Part shown: in pieces, positions 51,253-60,965 of the stretch
How positions within the stretch are numbered: position 1 is the first letter of the stretch
Layout: every line of letters begins with the position of its first letter
NCBI GenBank assembly: GCA_013265495.1
Contig: MU059330.1
Location: 14,269,980-14,333,979 of the forward strand
DNA length: 64,000 nt
Source: Vicugna vicugna
Taxonomy: Eukaryota
Reading direction: 5' to 3'
Translations under genes and position numbers: made by a program
Notes under the pieces: generated by a model
What the model was told of the DNA's origin: nothing
Databases searched by the model: none
What the model saw: only the letters and a program-made list of their open reading frames with translations

Positions 51253-51852
51253 CTAGGAGGGGGCGTGGTGGTGGTGGTGGTGGTGGTGGTGGTGCTCGTG
51301 GTGGTGGTGGTGCTCGTGGCGCTGGACCACGGGCACCGCACAGGCCTCGCCCAGCAGCAGGGGCGGCAGGTCCCGCACCACCTCGTGCTCCAGCACCGCG
51401 GGCTGGCCCAGCGCAGCCCTGAGAGGCGAGGGGCCCTCCCTGCCCTTCTGCCGGCACCGCCTGTGGCCGCAGAGCAGGGGCGGGGGCTGGGGCGGGGGCT
51501 GCGGGAGGCGGTGGCCATCCGGGGGGGCCTGGAGGCTGCGGGAGGCGGTGGCCATCCTGGGGGGCCTGGGATGGGGGTGGTGGCGGGTGGTAGCTGAAGG
51601 CTCTCCCGGGCCTCCCCGCACCGCTGGGCGCCCCGGGTGGCCTCCCCGCACCCGGGGGGGACTTCAGGAACTGCTTCTCCTGCCCCTTCAGCCGGGGCTG
51701 CAGGTCCAGGGCGCGGGGGACAGGCTCTGCGGCCAGCAGGGCACGGTCGGCCGGTGCAGGACACCGGCGGTGGTGCGCGGAGTGCGCGTCCGACTCCTGG
51801 GAGCGGGACCTGGTCTGGGGGTGCAGGGCCTTGGCCTGCCCTGGGGGGGACC
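51253..51852 (-). CDS. NKD2: NKD2 exon 10 (last), carrying a +1 frameshift from a 37-nt duplication
   Basis: CAG|GSPPGQAK...EKQFLKSP...AFSY...QAPQDGHRLPQP in one frame and DGHRLPQPPP...RQKGREG...EHEVVRDLPP...QRHEHHHHHEHHHHHHHHHHAPS* in another; 600 nt = 2 + 598, not in frame. Confidence 0.9.
51265..51312 (-). repeat. NKD2: Coding (CAC)5-GAG-(CAC)10 poly-His repeat
   Basis: GTG x10 at 51265-51294 and x5 at 51298-51312 on the + strand. Confidence 0.95.
51497..51570 (-). repeat. NKD2: 37-bp tandem duplication in NKD2 exon 10
   Basis: GGCTGCGGGAGGCGGTGGCCATCC(G/T)GGGGGGCCTGG(A/G) at 51497 and 51534; two mismatches. Confidence 0.93.
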
Positions 51853-51984
51853 CTGAGGACACAGGAACCTGTGAGGCCCTCTGCAGGGCCTGGACATCTC
51901 ACCTGGACCAGGCCCACGCCCACACGCCTGTTGAGCCCACCTTTGGAGGCGGCGCAGGGCGGGGGCTGGGTCTCCGGTACCTAC

Positions 51985-52112
51985 CGGGTCCAAACTTAGA
52001 TGTGTAGTTCTCGATGCCAGCCAGGTCCAGGTAGTGGTTTCTCCGCTCAGTGTTCTCATCCACGCAGTACGGCCCCCGCTCGGAGCAGGGGCTGGGGTCC
52101 GCGCTGGGCCTC
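51985..52112 (-). CDS. NKD2: NKD2 exon 9 (128 nt)
   Basis: RPSADPSPCSERGPYCVDENTERRNHYLDLAGIENYTSKFGP|GTAGGT. Confidence 0.95.
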
Positions 52113-52303
52113 CTGCGTGGGGCACAGGGAGCAATCCTGACTCCTCAGGCTCCGACCAGCACCCCCACTGGGACAAGAGGCTCCCACCACCAGAACCACA
52201 GTCGCACCCACTGGCCTGTGCTGTCTTTGGGCTCACCTGGGACACCTGCTGGGGCTCTGCGGCCGCCACCCCAGTCACCACCACAGCGCAGGAGTGGGAC
52301 CAC

Positions 52304-52343
52304 AGGGCGCCGGGGCAAGGGCGCCGGGGCAAGGGCGCCGGGC
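52304..52343 (+). repeat. 14-bp tandem repeat (AGGGCGCCGGGGCA)x~2.9 in NKD2 intron 8
   Basis: Units start at 52304, 52318 and 52332. Confidence 0.85.
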
Positions 52344-52584
52344 GTCTGCAGGCCAACCCACTGCTCCCCTCCACGCCCCCGGCCTCTCAGCCCCGGCCCG
52401 AGCGCTGGCCTCCACCCCAACTGTAGGGCGTGCCCAGGCTTCCCTGCCGGCGTCCAGGCCTCCGCACCCCGGTGCCCATCCTGGTGGGCCACCTGGAGCA
52501 GACGGCCCCTGAGGCCGGTGGGCAGCAAGGACAGGGTGGGCTGCTCCCATCTGAGGAGGGTGGACCTGGATCCCAGCCCCTCAC

Positions 52585-52669
52585 CTGACGTGCGCAGACA
52601 GCCTCTTGTCCGCCACCCTGGGGTCCTCGGTGAGCTCCCCTTCTGTCCTGCAGCGCGTGGGCTCCCGGT
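52585..52669 (-). CDS. NKD2: NKD2 exon 8 (85 nt)
   Basis: DREPTRCRTEGELTEDPRVADKRLSAHV(R)|GTGAGG. Confidence 0.93.
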
Positions 52670-53050
52670 CTGCAACAGGTGGGCATACGTTCCCTCCCTC
52701 CCTCCATCCCTCTTCACTCTTCCCTCCCTCACTCACTCTCTCTCTCTCCAGTACTCACGCCCTCAGTCATTCCTTCACCAAACAGTTTCGAGGCCCTGCC
52801 AGATGCCAAGCCCCGCCTTCCATGTTCAGGAAACCACAGAGGTTTTTGTCCTGATGGGGACACTGAACAGCAGACACGGTTAACAAGGAGCCCATGGCGC
52901 AGTGAGCAGGAGTTAGGAGCGATGGGGAAACGCAGCGTGGGGGCCGGGGGCAGGAGGGGTGGCTGCAGGGAGTGTGGGCGGCCATTTAGAGCAGGGTCTT
53001 CTGGCGTCTGATCTGGGGGGCCGCTGCAGCCCCAGAGCCCTGGCCCTCAC

Positions 53051-53198
53051 CCTGGCCGGTGGGGGTGCCTTCCTTCCTCTTGCTGGAGGGCTCCGGGCTG
53101 ACAGTCAGCTTCACACGGAGGGTCTTGCTGCTGCCCGAGGAGTGGCTGACCGAGGCGTCGACAACCTCGTAGATGGTGTGCATCAGGCTGGACATGTC
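53051..53198 (-). CDS. NKD2: NKD2 exon 7 (148 nt)
   Basis: DMSSLMHTIYEVVDASVSHSSGSSKTLRVKLTVSPEPSSKRKEGTPTGQ|GTGAGG. Confidence 0.95.
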
Positions 53199-53883
53199 CT
53201 AAGGGTGGCATGGGTGTGTCATGGACACAGGCAGACTGAGGGGACACTGCCCAAGTCATGCTGCCCGCTGCCGCCTCCAGGCTGCCTGCCTGTTTGATTC
53301 GCTCAGCATCCTGACAGAGCGCGGCGAGACGGCAGCTCATCTGAGCAGCCCTCCTCAGCCTGGTGCGGGCACCGGGAGGCCCGAGTCAGCGGCCCTGCTG
53401 GAGGCACATCTCTCTGACTCTGTAAACTTCAAACTGAATCCATGTTCAAAGAAATTAGCAACCTGGTAAACTATCAAAGTTTTGTTTTTAACATAAACAC
53501 ACTTATTTCAGTCATCCTATGTGCCTGTTTCCTTTCCAGGAGCACCATGTGCCTCCAAGACACACAGCCCAGCAGAACCGAGCACCAGGGACACTCCCAG
53601 GACCCTCACCGCCTGGCCAAGGGGCTGCTGGCCAGGGCAGATGCAGGCTGCATAGGGTGACGGGAGGTGACACGGACTCCAGCCGGCTCCATCCATCACC
53701 TGGGTACCATGGTGGCTCCCCTCCCACCCACCCACCCCAGCCTGCCTCCTGGGAAGTGTCCCGGCCTCTCCTCCCACCCTAGGCAGGCTCAGCCCATCTC
53801 CCTATCACAGAGATCCGGCACTGTCATCCGTCTGCTACCAGTGCCCTTCGCGGGGACGGTCTGATGCAGACACAGTGAGTCAC

Positions 53884-53979
53884 CTCTCTGGTGGCCTTCC
53901 CACTGTGGTCGAAGCCGTACAGGGTGAACGTCCACTCCTGGTGGCTGTCTTCCTCCACTGAGACATCACACTGGAGCGC
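53884..53979 (-). CDS. NKD2: NKD2 exon 6 (96 nt; EF-hand/EFX)
   Basis: TAG|ALQCDVSVEEDSHQEWTFTLYGFDHSGKATRE|GTGACT. Confidence 0.95.
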
Positions 53980-54362
53980 CTATGGGGGTGCACAGGGGCA
54001 GAGGCAGCAGTGTTGGCCTCACCCCTGGGCAGGGACCCCCGAGCCTCGCCTCACTCCAGGAAAACGGACCCCTCCCCTCCTAAGCGGGTGGGGGAGACGG
54101 GATGGTCTGTGAAGTCAGCTTCTGGGTCACTCCCCTGTGCTGCAGGGACGCCCGGGGACATCGCTCAGTACCTGGCATCACACTGGCTAGCCACGGCGAC
54201 ACCTCCACCCCTGAAGCCTGCCCGCCGGAGCAGCCCAGCCCAGGGCCCTGTAACTCCCCCAGCCCGCTGAACCTCAGGGGAGCGGCCCAGGCTGCAGGGC
54301 GCAGGGACGTCCATCCCGGCCGTCGGCCCCGCCCCACGAGGGAGGCAGGAGCAAAGACCTAC

Positions 54363-54490
54363 GTCAACGTTCAGGCGCTTCTTGCCCAGGCCTCGGGGGC
54401 CCTCGCGGGTTGCCGCTCTTTCTCCATCCTCTGGGCTCAAGAGCTGCCCCAGGCCCTCTCGGCCCTCAGCCTTCTCAGGCGGCAGCACCA
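54363..54490 (-). CDS. NKD2: NKD2 exon 5 (128 nt)
   Basis: VVLPPEKAEGREGLGQLLSPEDGERAATREGPRGLGKKRLNVD|GTAGGT. Confidence 0.93.
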
Positions 54491-54702
54491 CTGCAGCGAC
54501 AAGACGACAAGACAGGTGAGAAGGGCCACCCGCCCAGGCCCAGCCCAGCTGATGCTGCAGGGCAGAGAGCGTGGGAAAGGGTGGCCCGAGAGCCCCCGAG
54601 TCCTTGCGGAGCCTCTGGGCCCCTCCAGGACGGTTCTGAGCCAAGAACCTGGCCTTGCCAGACACTAGGCACCAAGAGACCTGAGCAGCTCTTGCCCAGG
54701 TA

Positions 54703-54885
54703 AGCCACGGCCAGGTGTGTCCCCAGCTCCCCCCGCCCCGGCTGAGCCACGGCCAGGTGTGTCCCCAGCTCCCTCCACCCTGGCTGAGCCACGGCCAGGT
54801 GTGCCCCCAGATCCCCCCGCCCCGGCTGAGCCACAGCCAGGTGTGTCCCCAGCTCCCTCCACCCTGGCTGAGTCACGGTCAGGTA
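54703..54885 (+). repeat. 42-bp minisatellite x~4.3 with ABAB higher-order structure (NKD2 intron 4)
   Basis: Units start at 54703, 54745, 54787, 54829 and 54871; A ends CCCCGCCCCGGCTG, B ends CCTCCACCCTGGCTG. Confidence 0.92.
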
Positions 54886-55493
54886 TGTTCTCTGCCTCTG
54901 CCCCACCTGGCCAGCAGTCGCTTCGAAGCACAGGGCCGGGAGAAGGCAGGCCTGCAGGCCCACAAGGAGGTCCCTGCCCACGGGGCCCCCAGGAGAATCA
55001 CGGCATCGTCTGGCTTCCCCTGCCCAGCGACACAGCCCGGTCGCCCAACAACCCTCAACCCGAGTCCACGGAGGCCTGTGCACTGGGCAGCACCCTCCCT
55101 GACCTCTGGGTGAGGGTGGACCATGAGCTCTTGCTCCCGGGCGCACTTGCTCCCCAGGGTGGGCGCCCGGGTGTGCTCCTCTCGCACCTGCCGATGGCAC
55201 TCGTCCAGCTGCCGGGAGGATGCTCGGTGCCCGAGCTCCTGACTAGGGCTCTCAGGGCCCCTCTGAAGCAGCCCTGCTGGTTGGCCTCCTGGCACCCGGA
55301 GCGACTCCTTGCCCACACGATAGGGACACTCACCCTGGGACCCGTCCCCCAGAGAAGCCTGGTGACCATCTGCCGTGCCGCACAGAGGACCCTCCACCGC
55401 GGACGCCCGTGCATGGGGGCCACTCAGGGCGGCTGCATTTCACATGCTGACCATTGGGACAGCCTGACACTAACACAGCATGCTGAGCCTTAC

Positions 55494-55554
55494 CCTCTAG
55501 TGGGCCCTGGTCCTCCCGGAAATGTCCTTCCTTGGGGTCCCCGCTGGGCAGCTC
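55494..55554 (-). CDS. NKD2: NKD2 exon 4 (61 nt); exons 1-3 lie beyond the window end
   Basis: CTGCAG|ELPSGDPKEGHFREDQGPLE|GTAAGG; exon numbering by analogy to human NKD2. Confidence 0.92.
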
Positions 55555-58500
55555 CTGCAGGGAGAAAGAACAGGGCAGACTGTGGACGTTCCAGTACGAG
55601 ATCTGGGAACCGAACCGAACCCCACGCCCTGGGGTGTCAGGCAATCACGATCCAGAAACGCCAACCTCCCCACACCTCACTAAGCCTTGGGTTTTTTAAA
55701 GTAAAACAAACGCACGTCCCATGGTGTTGTCCGGTTCTATCAGAACTGTCTCCAGGACTAGATAGGGCGCCTGCAACAGTGCCCACAACTGCGCGGCCAC
55801 CCTGAGAACAAGGCTCACTGCCAGTCTTTGCCAGGAGAGGCGGTGCCGAACAAGACAGCAGGCTGCGAGCAGACCCACCCGCCCTCTGCTCCCCAGCCCG
55901 CCCGTGGCACCCCCTGCCGGAGCCCGACAAGAACTGGGCTGAGCTGCCCCATGTACTCGTGAACCCGGGGGCCGGCACCTCCCCCGGGCGGCCGAGGGCC
56001 CAGATGGAAGGCCCCCGCTTCCACAGCCGCCCCAAGAGCAGTTATGGAAAAATGGGACCAGACTTCCAACAAATCCAAAGGACAATTCCGCCGGGAAACT
56101 ACAGGACAGACGTTCACGTGGTCCTCGGGGACAGGCCACAAAAGTAAGAGCACGGACACAGAAGGCGGGTGCAGCGTGGCCAGGCCGCTTCCCGGTCCCT
56201 GGTAGGCGGTCGCAGGGCAGCGCCCCGGGAACCGGGCAGGCCTCGGTTCCCAGCGTTTCCGTTTCTGCTGCCGAGGGTGTGGAGCTGCTGAGAGCACGGC
56301 CAGGGGTGCACAGGGGAGGCTGTGTGCATGTGGACGTGGGCCCCCACAGCTGCCCGCCCGCCGGCCCTCCAGGCCCCGGGGCACTATCGCAGCCGGGTCA
56401 CAGGGTCTCTCCTCTCTCCCGCGGGCTCAGGCCCTGGCCCGGGCCCAGCACGGCAGGAGGCCCAGTGGGGTCACCCCACAAGGTCACCTGACATCCCAGG
56501 TGCTCTGGGACCTTGGTCAGAGTCCCTGCAGTGCCTGCTGGACGGCTCTGATCAGCTGCCACCCTGGTTACAGGCAGTGGGGAGGGGACTGGCTCCCACC
56601 CTGTCCACAGAAGGGCCTGACGCCACCTCCACGGTTTGGTACTGTCTCAGATCATCCTGCTGGCATTCCTCGTCATCTGGACAAACTGGGAGCATTCTCA
56701 CCAAGAGGTTGAGTCCAGGACCGGCTGGCCCAGACCTTGGAGGGCGTGCCCAGGTGTTCAGGCCCACCCAGAAGGGACCACGTCCAGGGACTAGCTGGCG
56801 TCAGGGAGACCACACGTGGAGGGGCCTCCGCCTTCACGGCTCATCGGGCGCATGTGACCCCATGTGTGGCCTGGCGGCACCCTCACTCTGGCCTGCGGTG
56901 CCCCACTCACTGCAGGAAACAGGAGGCTCCATGTGGCCGTGACGCTGTCACCACTCCCAGGTTCTCACCGGGGCCGGTGGCACCAGCCGGACCCAGCACC
57001 CTCGCACCAGGCCCGCCAGCCCCCTCGAGGGGGCCATGTCCATTGGCAGGAGAGAAGGGACACAGGCCGCCCTCAAATGCAGCACTGCGCCTCCAGCTCA
57101 TTCTGTCTGAGGCTTGAGCACAAATGAGGTGAAGCCCAACCATGGAAACCCCGTAACGTTTTGGCCCAGATGTACAGACCAGTCCTTTTGAAGGACGAGG
57201 TTCCTTGACAACAAACACAAAACACCCTGAAGTACCTGAATGTGGGAACGAGGAGACGAACACACGCCTGTGACTGTGGGTGCACGCTGCCCAGTGTGCT
57301 GAGGACCAGCCCAGCGGCCCTCTGTGTCGGGAAGGGAACCCCGACAGGCTCGCTGGGGCTGCAGCAAGGGCGGAGCCGGGGGCAGAGACAGGCTTGTCTG
57401 CACGAGATGCCCCCTGGGCCAGGGGACCCCGTGCACGTCGCGGGAAGGAAGCCGGCCAGTCGAGGGCCACTGCGGGAGGACCTGGATCGTTCAGGAAGCA
57501 TTGCCGTGCCGACGGAGCTTCGAGGGGATGAGTGGGTGGAGCTGGCATCGCCGGGCCCAGGAAGGAGGGGGACCCCTGCTGTCTGTCTCCGGAGCTCCCA
57601 CAGCCCCCCCCCGCATCCTTCTCCCTCCTAATCCCTGCCCTGAACCGCCACGCGCGTCACCCCCTCAGAACAAGGCTGCCTCTGTGGTTTCTTAGGGTGC
57701 CAGGTGGGAAATGGGCTGGAGTTTGTTTTAATAAGAAATAAAACTCCTGATCACTAAGAGACCTCCACCGCGTGCCCTCTCCAGGCGTCCAGCCGGGCTC
57801 CGGGGGTCAGACGCCCAGACCCTGCACAGTTCCAGAGGATCCCAGCCCAGCCCGAGCCTCCCACGCCCATCTGGTTACAATCACAGAAGTAAACATATCG
57901 GCGGCAGCCGCCCACTCTGGATGGAAGGATCTGAGGCCGGGCGGAGCACAGCATTTCTTGCGGAAAGAGCCAACGTCACGGGTGAAACGGCCGGAGCCCG
58001 GAGACCAGCTCCCGCAGGGCTCGGCAGCAGGCAGCCCGAGCGGCGGGCTGCAGCCTGGGAGTCTCAGTCGCTCCCATGATGCAGCCGAGATGCCAAAGGG
58101 AGACAGGCACAGCCAGGCACCCTAACACGCAAGGCTGAATTAGCTGAAAGTTCAAAAATACGTTCCAATCTTGTTTTTAAAATAATGTGAGCACTTGCTT
58201 TTGGCGATTGTGTTAGTTACAGACAAGGGTATAAACGCTTTGGGCCGGCGGAAGGTTCAAGACAGAAAGTCTGCACAGACCCTTGGTGGGACCCTGAGAC
58301 GCTCCCAACACCACAGTAACAAAAAGCACAGTAATGCTACAATTACACAATAATGACACAGCGACACAATGCCGACGGCCCGGGATGACCCCGGGGTCGC
58401 AGCGATCACGACGGCCAGCCGTGACGGTCCCTGAGGCGGCGGAAGCGTGGGGCATCTGAGGAAACGTTCACCCACACTCAGCCCGACGTCAGACGGCGCA

Positions 58501-60584
58501 GCGTGGACCCCAGTCAGCAGCAACCTCTGAGGCGCAGGGCGGGGCCCGTGCGGGAAAAGAGGGCGTCTGTGGGAGAAGCAACCCTGCTCGTCCCTGTGAC
58601 TGGTGACTTCAGTCGAATCCGTCCTGGTCACACAGAAATGCCCGTTAATCCGTTCTGCTTTGGAGACACAGAAGGGCCGAGAGCTTTAATTGCAACGTCG
58701 GAGACCCACTGCAGGGCTGCTGGCCAGGAGTGCGGCCGCTCCCCGCCGGGTGACCTCCCAAGCGTCCAGATAGCCAGGGCCCTCAAGCCAGACTGGGGTG
58801 CACACGGACGCCCATCTCTAACGTCCCCAGGCAAGGCCCCCTCCCGCAGCACCACCCCACCCCTCTTGGGATGCCCCAGCCGTGCTAACCGTGCACCCGG
58901 CCCTGCTCTGAGCCCCTCCTGCTGCAGAACCCCCCCAGCGCCAACCTCCCTCCTCATGCCCTTTGCCCCCCGAGAAAGGAGCCCCAGTCTCCTGCATATA
59001 AAACCCTCCAACCCCGCCTGTCACTCCGTTCTGGCCCCCACCCTCGCCCCTCCCTCCTGCCTGGAGAGGGTCCTTGGCACCGTATGTGATGTCGGCTCTG
59101 CTGACCCCTGGGCCCGGCCTGGGCTGCTGTCCCCTCGCCTCCTGGCTCCCACCTCCTGCAGCCCTGCAGCATCGTGCGTTCACTCTCCAGCGCCTGCCGG
59201 GCGCCCTGCTGGCCCCGGGGATGGGATCAGGGCCCCCACGGTCCCATCCCTGCCCCTCTCACCCTGCAGGGGCTCTCGGGGAGACCCCAGGCTCGTGGGT
59301 CACTGCCCCCAGAGGCCGCCACCCACACGGCCTGCCATGACTCTGTCCTAAACTCAGACTCCCGAGGCCGTCTGCTTCACGAGCCACAGCACAGACCTGA
59401 GTTCTCTGTCCTCCCGGGAGGTGGCCCCTGACCTGGATAGGTCCTGCTCTGAGGCCCAGTACAGCCCATCTGTCCAGGTCAGGCCCACCAGACGTTTCCC
59501 ACCGCTGCCCATGGGCACGGAGACGTCGGAGATTTCCCCCGAGATCTCAGCTCCCGGCCTCCCAGGAGGTCCAGGGGTCCCCACCCTGCATCGGCGCTGG
59601 GCTGTCCACCCTGTGGTGCCAGGTCTGGGGGGGCCACACACACCCTGGTCGAGGCGCAGGAGATGGACTCCTGTTTCAGGCCACGTGGGCGTGGGGATGT
59701 CCCGGTGATCGGAGGGGAAACCTTCGACGACACAAATAACCACCTCCTGAATGCATCTGCTTTTCCACTGTCAACGTTCACATATTCCTTCAGACTTTGG
59801 TGCATCTGTGATCACCTTCCTGGGTCTTCAGGGCCGCCTGCTGACCTTGGAAACCCCACACTCTTGACAGAGCAAAAGCTCTCCGTTTCCCATCTCCTGG
59901 CTCCCGGGAAGTCCTCCAGGAAACCGGGGCGGCCGGAGTTACTGCTGCCCCCATGGAGACCTGGGCCAGGCGAGTGCCGTGAGAAGACCCGCTCCATCGT
60001 CTGCCTGCTACAGTCTGGTTAAAAGCCTCTGAGTGCCCTGGCCCAACCTTATGGTCTGTTGGAAACATGAGGCCCCAGGGAGGGGACACCCCTGTGAAAA
60101 CCCCACGGGCTGGCCCCCCCTTTCCTCTGGCTGCATGGCGTGTGATCATGCCTCCAAGCAGAGCCAGCTGGCAGCCCTGGACACGGGCTGGGAGTGTGTC
60201 CGGCATCCACTGGGGGCTCGGCTTCTGAACTCAGGATCCACCCGAGGTCCTGGCGTGGACACGGGTCTGTGGCAGGTGCTCAGTGGCTAACGGGCCTGGG
60301 GCTCACATTCTGACCCCCAAGAGCTTCTGTCACACCCCCCAGAAGCTCCAGGAGAACGAAAGGCCTCCAGGCGGCAGCCCTTGCGGTTAGTCCAGGCCTG
60401 GCTTTGTCCCAAGAAGGGTGGGCATCTCTTCTTTCTGAACAGATGAAACCTGCCCTGAGCTTCCCTTTGAAGACCCAGCATAGTTCAATCTAGGTGCTCC
60501 GTGCAAGTAAGCACAGGGGTGCGGGGGGCCTGGGCTTCAGTAAGCAGGAGCTATCAGGGATAGAGCGCCTGGGGGACAGCAGGT

Positions 60585-60965
60585 CAGCGTCTGGGCTGCT
60601 GTGACAAATGGCCACAAACGGGGCAGCTTCAAACAAAAGGAATTTACCCTCTTCCAATTCCGGGGCCAGAAGCCTGGTATCCAGGTGTCACGGGAGCTCC
60701 TTTTGCAGGCTCCGGGGAGGCTCCTTCCTGCCTTCTCAGGCTCCCAGGGGCCCTGGTGTCCCTGGGCCTGTGGCCGCGTCCCTCCAACCTCAGCTGGTGG
60801 TCGCACAGTCTCTCCCATGTGGTCCATCGGAGCCCCACGGCCTCGCCCTCACAGAGAGACGTGGGGGCAGTCAGTGCCACCAGGACAACTTCCGTCTCAA
60901 GATCCCTCTCTTAATCCCGTCTGCCAAGACCCCTTTTCTGTCGGGTGTCAGTCATAGGCTCCAGG
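60585..60965 (+). mobile_element. MaLR LTR (MLT1-family)
   Basis: GCTGCTGTGACAAATGGCCACAAAC...GAATTTACCCTCTTCC...GCCAGAAG...CAAGATCCCTCTCTTAATCCCGTCTGCCAAGACCC follows the recalled MLT1 consensus order. Confidence 0.75.

Noticed and set aside
51187-51597. + strand ORF with poly-Val run
   Set aside because: Antisense shadow of the NKD2 (CAC)n His tract.
54665-55805. ORFs with repeated peptides (VSPAPPAPAEPRPG..., ELGTHLAVAQPG...)
   Set aside because: Translations of the 42-bp intronic minisatellite, not a repeat protein.
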